Notes under the pieces: model-generated
The model's input: only the letters and a program-made list of their open reading frames with translations
Database searches by the model: none
What the model was told of the DNA's origin: nothing
Translations under genes and position numbers: made by a program
Source: Phoronis australis
Taxonomy: Eukaryota; Animalia; Phoronida
Direction: 5' to 3'
NCBI GenBank assembly: GCA_002633005.1
Contig: NMRA01000013.1
Span: forward strand, 570,347-634,346
DNA: 64,000 bases
Shown: piece by piece, positions 1 through 11,861 of the stretch
Layout of the letters: each line of letters starts with the position of its first letter
Position numbering within the stretch: position 1 is the stretch's first letter

Positions 1-164
1 TCCTTGCTTGCCATTTTTGATGGCAAGTACTTCAAAGTTCATGGAATTACTACACCTTAACTTTGCAGTTAACCACAGTTAACTTCGAACTAAAGCTTCG
101 ATAGTAGCGAACAGTATGGAAAAGGGCCTTATAATACAGCTTATTAAATAGGTTTTTAGAGCCA

Positions 165-360
165 GGGCACGTTCCAACAAAACTGACTCAGCTAACCTGA
201 AGACAAATCTTAAATTTTAGTAAATTCTAAGATAAAACTTAAATTTGTCTTAACACCATTTCAAGAAAAACATCTTAAGATTGACTTAAGTTTTCATATG
301 TTTTGAATTAATTTTGACTATCTTACCAGATGTGGAAGTTTTAAAGTTTGAAACGGGCCC
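165..360. mobile_element. PIF/Harbinger-like MITE (~195 bp) inserted in an older dispersed repeat
   Basis: Imperfect TIRs GGGCACGTTCCAA ... TTGAAACGGGCCC with CAG/CTG flanks and a TTAAG/CTTAA-rich interior. The flanks (133-162 and 361-423) rejoin to match the uninterrupted repeat at 627-717 and 44679-44768. Confidence 0.6.
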
Positions 361-469
361 CTGGCTGAGAAGATAATAGTTTTATTACCCCCTATGGATT
401 AGTGAATAGCCAAGCCTCCAATGTACTCACAAGAGCACAAATGATACAGATTCTTAGATGTGCCAACAA

Positions 470-580
470 CCCTGGTGCCCCCTAGTGACATTTTTCGCAT
501 CTGCGTCCACGTCTAAGCCCCCAATTGGACTGACCCTTCGTCTCCTAATGGCAATTTGTTTTATGTTCATCTCTGTAATC
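470..580 (+). repeat. Degraded fragment of the Helentron-type internal repeat seen at 53346-54885
   Basis: gtgccccctagtgacattttt...tgcgtccac and ctcctaatggcaatttgttttatgttcatctctgta resemble the repeat unit (ctagtggccattttt...tgcgtccac; ctagtggcaatttt...tttgtatc). Confidence 0.5.
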
Positions 581-626
581 CTGCTCCAAGGTATGCCGGC
601 AACTGTCCCAGCTGGACTGTGTAGCT

Positions 627-717
627 AAACACAGCTTAACAAAAGATTTATAGTTCTGGTTGAGAAGATAATCATTTTATTACCTCATATGGATTATGAA
701 TAGCCCACCCCTGAATG
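627..717 (+). repeat. Short dispersed repeat (~90 bp); other copies at 133-423 (interrupted), 28025-28090 (partial) and 44679-44768
   Basis: Shared string acagcttaa...ttta..g..ctgg.tgagaagataat..ttttattacc.c.tatggatta.tgaatagcc. Confidence 0.7.
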
Positions 718-1808
718 GTGGTGAGAATTTACCGCACCTATCATAATTCAATATTCCCTGCAACAGTCCAGGCCAATCTGATTGGTGATTGAAGCCTCTT
801 CAATGGTTGTTCCGTACCTAAAATTACTCTAAGCAATGACGCACGTCAGCCGAAACACAGGCACTGCGCTAATGTTACAACTGAATATTGTATTTATCGT
901 CTACCTCCATCATTCACAGACAACTCATTACCACATCCTATTCCAAGCCATAATTTAGTTGAAATAATTGCACCCCAACTACTTTCCTCATCAGAAAAAG
1001 GACTTAAACCAATTTAACGTGACAACATGTTAAGAAAATGAGTGAAAATATACTGCCAGTTACAACCTAGTTCGCAACACTATTTCAGCATATAGCTACA
1101 AATGATCTTCAGCAAGATTTGCACTTCTGATGCCGTCCAGTTTTGCCAAGAGTCTAAAGTGGACACAGAAAAAGTTCTTCATCTTGAAACCATCTGAGAC
1201 TCCAGTGGTTAGCAAGTCAGGGACAGTGCAGCATCTCTACTGGTCACTGGTCAATACATAAAGGTAATTCTTCAATTATTTAGCACTAAATATGTTCGAA
1301 AAGTGTAATTTTCTTTTGTCAAATATGTCCACAAAAATAAAGAAATTGTTTTAGTCCACGATACAGTTTCTTTCAATTACAACAGAATATGGCATGAATA
1401 TCAATTTTATTTCATCAAAAAATTCAACATGAGAAAACAAGAAGGCAATTTTACTTGATTATTTGAAAACATTGTATGGTACAGCTGTCATAAACATAAA
1501 CGAGACAAAATTTTGAACATTTCTGGCAATAAAGTGGTAGTTTGAAAATCAAAGCTTGAACATTATCTTTGTTCGAATTTAAGGAAACTTCACAGGAATT
1601 AGAACATGGTTTGTACTTCGTAGACATCATAAAACAACTTATAGTTAACGCTCAATGATCATTCGCAGTACTTAGTGTCTGAAAATTGGATAATTGACAA
1701 TTTCGGCAATTATTTTCATGCAAAATAGGTGGAGAATTACCACAACTTTCTTTACAGCCTTTCACATTAAGGTTAGGAAGAATGCTAGAAAAATTCCAAG
1801 TTGGATTA

Positions 1809-4160
1809 CCGTAATCGTTTGGGTTAACGCCCTGGGCGCCTAAATTGGCGAATCCAAAAAATCGGGGGAGGGCGGTTAACCGAGCAGTGGGTGGTTAAAT
1901 CGAAAATCCACCTAAAGTAGGGGATGGGCAGTTAACCGAACATGGGCGCTTATTACGACAGACAACCGCCCTGGCCGGTTAATCTTACCTGGTGATCTAA
2001 ATCCTGACACGACAATCATACTCGGAACGCGTAGCCCTTTTCAAAGAGCTTTATCGTCACGTCGCCAAATGACTGTGAAAACATCATAACAGCGGATGAT
2101 CCCAACAAAGGTTCTCTTGCCCTCAGATTAGTCATTCACTATTAAATTTACAAAATTGCTGAGTAATAGCCCCGTGCCGTCCTGCGGTATGCAGACGACC
2201 AGTGACCACGCAGCCTCCACCAGAATTAAAATTGTTTCAAGATGTGACCCTGCTTAAGTGCGCGCGTGCAAGCTTCACGTGTTGCAGAGGTCAGACATCA
2301 AATTTATGGTTACAGTCTCGTACTCTATGTAGCTGTCAAGCTCTGACTCAGAGAGCAGTTTTAAAATTGGTTGTAATAAAAGTTTGAAAAACTTAACTCT
2401 GCTGTTTTTTGTGTTTGAGATGTTATGGTCGACACTCCGTGACTCAATGACATTTTCAGCGTATGGTTCTGCGGCTAGCTGTGTTATCTCAACAGCCCGG
2501 CATTGCTCTCTTGCCGTTGCGCCAAACATGGTATGCAAAAAAGTAAGACAAGGATCGGGGGTGGTCGAGCCAGTCGTCGATCAAGAATAAAATGTCAGAA
2601 AACAGCAATGTTTCAATTCATTATTCTAAACGACCACCTTACCAAATTTCGTGGTGGAAAAACATTTATTTTTCATGCAAGACGTCCAGATTATCCTATT
2701 TGTCACTTGTAATATCGCACTGCGGCACTGTTCGGTCCCGCTGTTATCGCGCAATGTCTCAGTAGGTTGACAATCGTGACAAGTAATATAACGGCCTCTT
2801 TCAATATGCATCTCATTTTTTTATGGCCAAAGATAGTGGCGGTATTCAGCACGCACGTAGGGCCTACGTGTGAGTCACCTGTCAATCACATGTTGGTGTC
2901 AAGGTAACATGCACTCCAAAGTGTGGGAACTTGCGCACATGCACCACTACAAATCAGTCACACATAGCGACAGTCCGAAGTAACAAAACGGGCGTGACTA
3001 TGTGCTTTTAAGCTGTTGTTACGAAAGACCCAGTTCTTTACGATATTCCTCCGATGTCAAGTCTATTGCCATATTTCCCGGCTAGATGCTCCCTAAGCCC
3101 ATCCCTATAACTAGCTGTGTGAATCTCCTACCCACTATCGTCAAGCAGTCTACGTCGTAGATATTTCAGACTCGAATGGTAAGAATTTTTGTTCAGGCTG
3201 AAATTGGCCAATGTGTAAACAAAATTTTTCTGGATGGCTAAAAAGGGGATGTGGAAACGATAATTCACACAGTCACGCTTACGCGAGGGCTGACGCAAGA
3301 AATAGTAAAGAACAGCCAGTGACATTATTTAAATCTGCTAAGCAGTTTGACTGAGATGCAATAAGCGAAAAAGAAAGTTTGACTAGCCGTTTTCTATTAC
3401 TTCAAGATCATACACAAACATACATTATTGCCAACGTTTGATTTCAGAAATCGACAGGCAGCAACGAAATCGGTAACCCAGTAAGGCACTTGTACTATCC
3501 CTTCGGTCGCCCCACATCCTCTATAACCCAGCAGTTATATTCATCAAAATATTGAGAATTTGACATCTTTCCGTGAGTTGTGAGATTTGTTCAAAATACG
3601 AGAGCTTCTCATCTTAATAGAACTTGGAAGGTTGGCAAAACCATTGTCACATTTCTCTGGCCTGACTTTTTCCAATATATGTTTTATCTAGTGCACTGCA
3701 GACGGAAACTCAGCACGGCAGACAAAGTCACTAAAAGCGGAGGTTTTGACACCGGCGGCGTTCTTAAACTTTGCAAACAAGGGAAGAAAATAAAGTGACA
3801 AAAAGGTTCAAGTATTATATTTTGAAGTGAGTTCATGACCCAAGACAGTAACTCGTTACCTGTATTATAATTCAGATTGCTAAACCACCGTCTCGGAGTC
3901 CCGGCGTCGTTGCACTCATTGTGATCATGGATCTTTTTCTAAAAGTTGGGGCATCGTGCATTTCCTTAGCACTAGGCGCTAAATCTTCATTCTTTAAAAG
4001 TCGGGGATGGGCGCTTAACCGAGAGGTGGGCGCTTAACTGGAAATCTTCAAAAATCGCAGGGGGGCGCTTAACAGAGCAGTGGGCGGTTAAATCGAACAT
4101 CCACTTAAAGTCGGGGATGGGCGGTTAACTGAACATGGGCGTTAACCCGAACGATTACGG
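1809..4160 (+). mobile_element. Non-autonomous Tc2/pogo-like DNA transposon, family A, copy 1 (2352 bp)
   Basis: 24-bp TIRs CCGTAATCGTT(T/C)GGGTTAACGCCC, TA on both flanks (1807-1808, 4161-4162), subterminal GGGCG(G/C)TTAA repeats, no transposase ORF. CCGTA termini with a TA TSD are characteristic of Tc2/pogo-type elements. Confidence 0.92.
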
Positions 4161-4202
4161 TAGATGAGAAACTTCATGTCTCAAAAGTGGATGATAATAT
4201 TT

Positions 4203-4220
4203 AAACAAACAAACAAACAA
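4203..4220 (+). repeat. (AAAC)n microsatellite
   Basis: aaacaaacaaacaaacaa is directly visible. Confidence 0.8.
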
Positions 4221-4699
4221 AAATTTCAGACTACGCCTTATCCACTGCTTTCCAAAATGAAAGGAATTGTTTTTAAATGAACTACTTTTGCAAGAGGGCT
4301 GTTATGCTTTTTATAAAATAAAATTTGAGTTCATAAACTAATTAAAATGAAACTATAACTTAGAAAACTAAAACAACCATTTTTAGACTCAAACTTGAAC
4401 ATTCATATCAAATGGAATTTGGTCATATTACTGATGGCATTGTACTGTCAGTATCGCTATGAATGTAATTTATGTTTTCTGCAAAATTTTTCTAAAAAGA
4501 CATGGTCCCCTGACTGAATCAAATTCGCAGATTTGTAAACAGTCAAAAATCAAATTCTATAGGATTTCGGCTACATACTTTTATGGAGTTAAAAATATAT
4601 AGTACTCAAGACAGCTGGTTAGAAATTGAGACTGATCAATAAGGTCCTTCACTTTTCTGGGACTACCCTTAAAAATACACCAAGTTCTTATAAAAACAT

Positions 4700-6680
4700 T
4701 TTGTTTTATTTCGCTGTTACGGATTTATTGGTATTTGGACACACCATAGCCTACAAGGTTTGGCAGACCAATTTACCAAGGTCCGTAGGAGTTTGGGGTC
4801 TGTTTGGAGATAAATTTGAAGTATTCTTCCGTGAAATACAGACAGGAGAACCTAGATCTGTGTTGTTTATACTTGTGATTTTTTTGAGTTTTAAACACAC
4901 AAAACAATTGTGATCCCGGCCAGACTCGGAACCCGATCAGGCCAATCGCGGCAGCTGGGACTGGCGTGAACATAAACCAGCTTGAGTTGGAAACTAAACT
5001 TCCAGTCACGAAAAGACTATAACAGTGAGCCAAAGAAATAATGTGCACGTAATTATTTATGTGAATTATGAGCCACGAAACTGAAAATCTACTTACTTAT
5101 CGGGGGCCGCGAAGTCGGGTTCCCCTTCCACAAACAGTCAAGGCAAAGGTTGTGCAGTAACAATGATTTGAATAATGTATTTGTATTTCTAAAGATTCCC
5201 CTAACATGTGACCATAGCACATAAAATTGAGTAATTGTTTCACGACAGCTTTCTGTCATCAAACACTGAATTAGCATGCGCTCACACAGCCTCGGTGACC
5301 GGTTAATTACCTTTGTTGCCGGCATGCATCAAAAACCAGTAAAAAAGTGGTTTATTCATTGCTGGCTTCTAAAAACATTTGCACTCACGAGCAATCCAAG
5401 GCATTACAAATTGTGTTTAATGAGACCGACTTTGTTCAGTTTCATATAAGCATTGGTTAGGATCATTTTAGGATGAGAATAATTCATTTTGAAACAGTAC
5501 TCAGAATAATAAACGGGCAACTCGCCCGGCGCCAATCTCGACTTAGTCAAGAGCTCATCCGACGAAGACTTTGTGGGTCGGATCATTAGGTTTCACAGGC
5601 TATCAGTTCAAACCGGAATACACTGATCAAGAAATACTAGAGGCGCCGTGAACTTGCACTGGCAACGGAACGTATGGATGAGTTCTTTGGTAAGCCGGAA
5701 TTCATCAGAGAAATCACTGTCGACAAAATGCCGGTCAAACACGGACTTTCATGGTCTCATACTTGCTATTAACAGTATACCTTTCATTCTTCACTACCGT
5801 GAGCCAGTCTTCCTAAACGCATTTCGGGCTGTCAAGGAAGTCGAAAAAACGATATACATGCTTTCTTCGCAGCTTCATAGTTCGGACAAGTAGGAACAAT
5901 GCACCGCAATATAGCGGCATTCACTCTGCAGATGAACCACGGACGTCGCTGCGTCATTTCTCTCCTTCCTCACAAGTTAAAGCGACACCTCTTAGCAAGG
6001 TGAGGTTGACTGTATAAGAGGCGATGTGGATATAGGCCGATTAAGACGGCAAAAAAGATTAATTAAATCAGGTGGCATTCTCCTTTAAGTCGCATTTACA
6101 TGAGAGACAGTTGCCAACTAATGCGGAAAGCTGATTGGGCCCAAGTGTGTGTAAATACGACTGATCAAGCAAGTTGAGAGATAGAGCAAGTTGCACTCGA
6201 CCAGTTACGCCAGTTTCAACTATACGTCGTCTAAACATAAACTGGGGCAAGGCAGAAGGGAACAAATCTGTTATGCTTGCACAATAGCGTATCTACGGGA
6301 GATTCGCTAGCATGCCACATGGTTTGAACATTCACTATTGTTTATGCAAGCATGCGCAGACAGTCTTCGAGTATTAATGACTCACGCTGATCCAGTTTGC
6401 GATCTTATGTCGTATAAATGGGAATGATGAAGAGCAAGTCATGCCATGTGACAACTCGCACCATGACAGCTGTTCCGTGTAAAAACAGCTTCAGAAATGC
6501 TTGGGCCGCAATAAAGAATCAAAAATGGGCTCCTCCTCAAACATGATAAAAAACAATAGTCTCCAAAAATGGCATTGCGCCTGGCTTTAATGACTCTCCA
6601 TGACTTTTCACTACTAAATCCAGACGCCAAATTTCCATTTTTGGATTGTACAGTCCGTTACTACAGAAACGCGACACATG
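4700..6680. mobile_element. CpG-rich non-coding segment, probably a decayed non-autonomous DNA transposon
   Basis: CpG density resembles the interiors of the well-defined elements and contrasts with the CpG-poor intron. End symmetry is weak and no TSD was found. Confidence 0.3.
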
Positions 6681-7402
6681 AAGCACAGTCCCCCATTAAA
6701 ACTTCACTGCAGGCTTTGGGGTACAATATGACTTTGATAAGCGATGGTGCACTTGAGTCAAGTCATCTCACTGTGTTACTATGGCAGGTAACACTGTTAT
6801 AGGAGAATGGAACAATGACAATGAAGAAACAATAATTAAAGCAAATGTGCATTCTCTTGTCTTCTGTAATGCAAAATAGAGATTTACATTTCAAATAACG
6901 ATGACATTCAATTTTCTGTGACGGGTTTAGTTTTTAGTCGGCAGTGTCTAAAATGGTTGAGACAGAATGTTACAGGCAGTCCTCATCAGTGATACCCATC
7001 AGAGTCTCTAATCCCCCGCAGCCAAATGTCCACATACAGGTATTAGTGTCTAGTTGAAGTTCCAACAATAAAAGAATTGGGAAATGCAATGGAAGAGGCA
7101 CATGTGAGATGCCATGGGCAGTGCACATCAGGTAGCATTAAGTAAATCTAGTCACTAACAAGATCTGACAAGAAATCTTGTCTTACGGAATAGAAACATT
7201 AGGTTTGCTTATGACAATGTTCCTCATTACTCAACATTCCACAGCCTCGCCAGCCAATCATTTTAGGTACGGCCAATTCCATGGCATATGCTTCTAGATC
7301 ACTCGTCATTCACTGAAGTGACCTTGCATGATCTTGGTAAATTTGCAAGAAGGTGGACAAGCGAGTATATCATCATCTTAAACCAATCAGATTCACAATC
7401 AC

Positions 7403-7535
7403 CTGCATATGGCAGCCCCCTCTGCCTTCCTGCAAACATGGGTTGATCTCGGTACAGCCGTTACCGTCACCATGGTAACCACTTTTGCAGACACACATCA
7501 CATGTTTCTCCTCAAGCTGGTGTAGTTGGTAAAAC
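7403..7535 (-). CDS. STAB2: Next internal coding exon (133 bp, phase 2 to phase 0) of the same stabilin-like gene; EGF-like modules
   Basis: Acceptor ...ttgatatttgtAG (7537-7536) and donor CAG|GTGATT (7402-7397). The phase joins the upstream exon exactly (GG+G=Gly). Translation (G)FYQLHQLEEKHVMCVCKSGYHGDGNGCTEINPCLQEGRGGCHMQ contains the stabilin-type CxCxxGYxGDGxxCxEIxPC...GGCH signature. Confidence 0.88.
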
Positions 7536-10500
7536 CTACAAATATCAAGAACTGGACGTAGGTGTCAAGACACACGTGGCAGCCTTGACAGAGAACTGTA
7601 AGGCTCCTACGATGATTTGAATTTTGATTCAAAAACTTTTTCACTATATCACTTACGGTCTCAACTTCTAATACAGAAGCAATGTCTGGGTAAGAGAAGG
7701 ATTCAACATTTTCGGGTATTCCAACTGAGCCAGAGAAATGGGTCAAATTTGTCTTCTTGATGTATAACCTGGCATAATTAAACGCAAGGTCTCTATAGCC
7801 CTGCATGAGGTCACACGAAACTAGGGTGCATTTACGCTGTGCACCTCAACACTAGGGGAAGTGAGACAAAATTCACTTAGCTTCTAATATCGCAAAAGGT
7901 CCACAGACAAATAGGTATTGATGTGGACTGAACTCGGTAAAGATGGTTCACGGAGCATAAAGGTCAGTCAGTGGGGCATGGTTTTGTGCCCCAACACCAG
8001 GGGGAACTACTTTTTAGACACATTAAATACTTCACTAAGAGGAAAACTGCAGTCATGCTTCCATCAAGCTAATATTTTGGAAAAAGTACATTCATCACAT
8101 GCTTTACAAACATATGGAAAGCTAATGGATTGCATTCAACATTTAAATCTGAAACTAACGTTTTCCCCTCTCTGCTACTCACAGATCTACCAAATCTCAA
8201 TTGAGATCTGGTGCCCTACCTTCACAAATGGAGACGTGTAATACGCTAGGACTGAGATTGATGAATGGTCGTATAAATTTAAGTTTGTATCGAGATGAAA
8301 ACCCCCTTGTTTTTCATTGTTAATCAGTAAATACAAACATTTAAGAAGAGAGTTCTAGTACTGAAGCTACCCTTTTAGACATATTTAACTGTATTTTAAA
8401 AGTATTAAGAAATTATGTAAAACTCCTGTAGAATTTAAGAAAGTAAACAAACTTCCATTGGTCGCTTCACAGAAACGTTAGCAAGATAACATATGTGCAT
8501 GACCCCATGTAGCAGGGGATGCTGATGTCTGTCTTATGTACTTGTGTTTAATTAGCTGTCAAAATCTTGACTCGTGATTCCATGTTACTGTAACAAATAA
8601 AGAGCCAACAATTCATAATTTTTGTACGCAGAGATACTAAAAGCCACAAGAACAGTGATCAATTTTCCAATCAGATGTACCGTAAAATCCTGGAAATAAG
8701 AAAACACACACCTTAAGCAAAATAATGAGTTTTTGTCTGCAAGATTTTTCTGCACAAATGTTTAGCATAAAGCTGTATGCGCTTAAGCTCTGCAATATTA
8801 GGCAAAGTTCCACAATTAGGCGCATGCCCTCGGTTGTGGGGTTTAGGATGAAATAATTGGCCTTGTCTTTGCAGAAAATAAAACAAAACTGTAAGAACTA
8901 ATCCGACTACACATGGCCAGGACAAATTGGAAGCACACCTTGGTAACAAACCATGCCATTTGACAAGTTTTGTACACATATTAGTCACTTATCTCAGTCT
9001 GGAAGTTAATTTTGGGCAAGGCCAGAAAATGTGTCAATTTCTTCAAAACAAAAGTATTCAAGACAAAATAAACCAGACAAAAGTTTTGACATACAACCAG
9101 CATATCTTTAAAAAAAGTTCCCAATGGATCCTTATTTTTAGAAAATTCAGAACCAAAACAACTTCGACCCTTGCACTCTTGTCATTTGTATTAAGTAAGC
9201 CTGCTTTCAAGATTTCTCTCCCCCAGGAGGAAAACTGGGGTGAATTGACTGAGCAGTGTTAGCATCAGTTAAAGAAAGTACAGCGATTTGTCATTGATTT
9301 GGCAATTAAATACTCCACAAACATGTGACATTAGGTGCTCCCCTATTCAAAACGGACCGCATTCTTTTTTCTGGGGGGAGATCTGTCAAATAAGCGGCCC
9401 ATTGGGATGTTAGGTACACAATTCTTGTTATCTAATAATTCAACAAAGGAGCAGTAGTTGCACTACAGAAGTTTCTCTTTTATCTTATTGTAGACAACAA
9501 ATTTCTGCCATACAAAGGCTAAACTCTTACTTATTCAGTTTTTTATAAACCGTAGCGCCAAAACAGCCCAAGTTGCGAGTACATAATTGAATGTGGGCAG
9601 TGCCATCATTGTCACCCGATTCTCTCGTTTTCCAATCTCCAAACAAAACCAAACAAAAGAAGTCAGTCATCAAAGTGCAGGTGCTGAGGTAACTGACCAA
9701 TCAAATTTCAATACCCTATTTGCTCTAATAAGCGCCCATGTCATTATACGCGCCCCCACGCGTTTTCAGTCATTGCTAAAATAAGCGCTCAGTTCACGAA
9801 CACAGTGCACAGGCAAAAAACGTGACGTGTGTTCGTCCAGAGATTTTTTCCCCGTGTTGCGGAGTACGATCTAGCGCAGATTTGGACTTAATTTGCAGTT
9901 AATCCCAACTCCACAGGACGCTATTTTGAAAACTTCAGGAAATTTGTTGAGTCGAAACTATATTTTTACTCAAGAATTCAAGTTGACCTATCGGCAATCA
10001 TGAGGCAGCGATGCATCAGTTGGCGAGTTTTCGCACTGGTAATTTAACAACAAAGTTTGATAGCAATGCACAGCAATTTTGTAGAAACTCTACCATAGAT
10101 TAAAGATGTGTCACAGAGCGTAAATTTGATGAATTCTAGCTTACGATTTCACCTGTTTCGGAGACCGGGTTTCAACCACTTTTGGGCTATAATAAGCGCC
10201 CCCTTCCTGAAGCGAATTTTTGTAAGCGCCCTGGGCCCTTATTAGGGCGAATACGGTACTAGGTAAAAAGCCTTCATTATGCTGACAGTTGGAAAACAAA
10301 ATATAGGCCTCGCAATATTCTATTTCTCAAAAGTCGACTTACCTTTATTAGTACATTATAGTTAATATAATAATATAATAACAATAACAATAATAATGAT
10401 AATGAAATCCATGAAAGTATGAGAGTTGTAATATGGCATCTGCACAGTGAGAAACTCGACAAAATGGAAGTCCACTTGTCCCCATGTTGTAGGCTAAATG

Positions 10501-10852
10501 TACAATTATGGTGTTTTTAATCTAAATTGGTTTTATGTTGTTGACCGTACTAGACCCAAAGTAAAAAAGAGGATGACTACTTGAGGTTAAAAACCCTATT
10601 AATCCAAATTAAAATAAACAGGGAAAAACTATTGTCTTTTTTAATTTAAACAAAACCCACAAATAATCAGTCTAATGCCTCAAATTGAGAAGAGACGACA
10701 AATCTAATTTTCAAATAGTGACATTAAGCTGAAGGAATAATTTGTCCTCTACGATATTTGATGCATAAATCACATACGTTCCTCAACACAGTTGCACATA
10801 AAAATCTACAAAATAAAGCATCATTTTGCATTCTAATGAGCAAAACACCTAC
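7536..10852 (-). other. GT-AG intron (3317 bp, phase 2) of the stabilin-like gene
   Basis: Bounded by a GTAGGT donor and a tttgtAG acceptor; removing it gives an uninterrupted EGF-rich frame. Confidence 0.8.
9714..10256 (+). mobile_element. Tc2/pogo-like MITE, family B, short copy (543 bp)
   Basis: TA|CCCTATTTGCTCTAATAAGCGCCC ... GGGCCCTTATTAGGGCGAATACGG|TA with repeated TAAGCGCCC motifs. The interior is the reverse complement of parts of 16535-17895. Confidence 0.88.
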
Positions 10853-11048
10853 CCTCCGTGTGACACTGTGGCGTTCATGTCAATGACACAGCTTGCATTG
10901 TCATGACACCAGCGTTCTATACCAAGGATTTTGCACACCATCTTCTGGTCGCAGTTGTCTCCCCTGTAGTCTCTAACACAGCTGTTTTTAACGCACGTCC
11001 CATCTGACGTAATGCTGTTGTTGCACACACCATTTTGACAGGTGCAGG
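10853..11048 (-). CDS. STAB2: Internal coding exon (196 bp, phase 1 to phase 2) of a stabilin-like (STAB1/STAB2 family) scavenger receptor gene; laminin-type EGF module plus start of an EGF module
   Basis: The minus strand has acceptor ...ttttaattatgtAG (AG at 11050-11049) and donor GG|GTAGGT (10852-10847). The frame is open: xCTCQNGVCNNSITSDGTCVKNSCVRDYRGDNCDQKMVCKILGIERWCHDNASCVIDMNATVSHG. Cys spacing and motifs (CxCxxGxCNNxIxSDGxCxxxxCxxxxxGxxCD...CHxxAxC) match my recollection of stabilin-2 EGF cluster 2. The symbol marks family likeness, not proven orthology. Confidence 0.88.
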
Positions 11049-11861
11049 CTACATAATTAAAAGTAACAGACAGATTAAGAAAATCATTTAACTCTTTAAT
11101 ACCACCCTCAGCCTACCATAAAAGGGTCTCAAATTTTTCGGTCTTCAGTTCAATGAAACGAAGTTTTGCAAGCAGTTTAAACTGCTTGCATTAGGATTTA
11201 CGGAACATTCTCCACTCATTCAAAACAGCTATAAACCTGTGTTCTGTACAAGAAACAAACTTTTGATTTTGACCCAATACCAGTATAAAACTGGTACCAA
11301 TTTGCTCCCTTCAAAGATGAGAAAAGATTTCTGGAATTGCAAAGATCTGTTTGTTATTCCTTGGGACCAATTGCTCGGTGCGTAAAATGACAAACTGTAT
11401 GTGACACATTACGACGTTCTCCCATTGACCCCAACTTGTTCGATCAGATAGCAATAAGGAACAAGTTCGTCATTTGACTGCTGTAGCCAGTATCTTACAC
11501 TATTGTGACAATAATGGCTGGAGACCAGCTAATTCTTTTGTTTGATAATTGCTCTAATCAGATTGTATCCAGCCTGACTTGGCTGTGCCATTAAAAATAA
11601 AAGATAAGTTATAAACCAACGACAATTCTGAATTTCTCGTTAAATGCTGATCATGTTTAGTTTTTGAATCACCAAAACTGGCCAACCTCAACAGAAATTA
11701 AGACAATCGATTCTATCCAAACACATACCAATGCATTGGGTTTGACTGTGATGAACTGCATATGCGGTTGGCTAAATTAAAGGTCCAACCACTATACATT
11801 TCATAAAATTTGCATCCATGATATGAACACATAATTCTTATGTTTGATCCAATACGTTGTT

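Larger units (their letters stand above)
1261..4668. mobile_element. Old AT-rich repeat, possibly Kolobok-like (TTAA-targeting), interrupted by the 1809-4160 element
   Basis: 1263-1390 resembles the reverse complement of 60345-60482. Weak end symmetry: ataa|AGGTAATTC ... GGACTACCC|ttaa. Boundaries and classification are uncertain. Confidence 0.3.

Noticed and set aside
4009-4146. Regularly spaced GGGCG(G/C)TTAA repeats resembling a CRISPR or iteron array, and the ~95-bp direct repeats resembling LTRs
   Set aside because: They are enclosed by 24-bp TIRs with a TA TSD and lack TG...CA ends, a PBS or a PPT. They are subterminal repeats of a pogo-like element.
7498-7806. 102-aa minus-strand ORF overlapping the exon
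   Set aside because: It is in a different frame from the EGF-coding exon, is mostly intronic and has no recognisable domain.
8637-8825. ORF containing PGFYG, reminiscent of laminin-EGF
   Set aside because: It lacks the flanking cysteines and lies inside an intron whose two flanking exons already join in frame.
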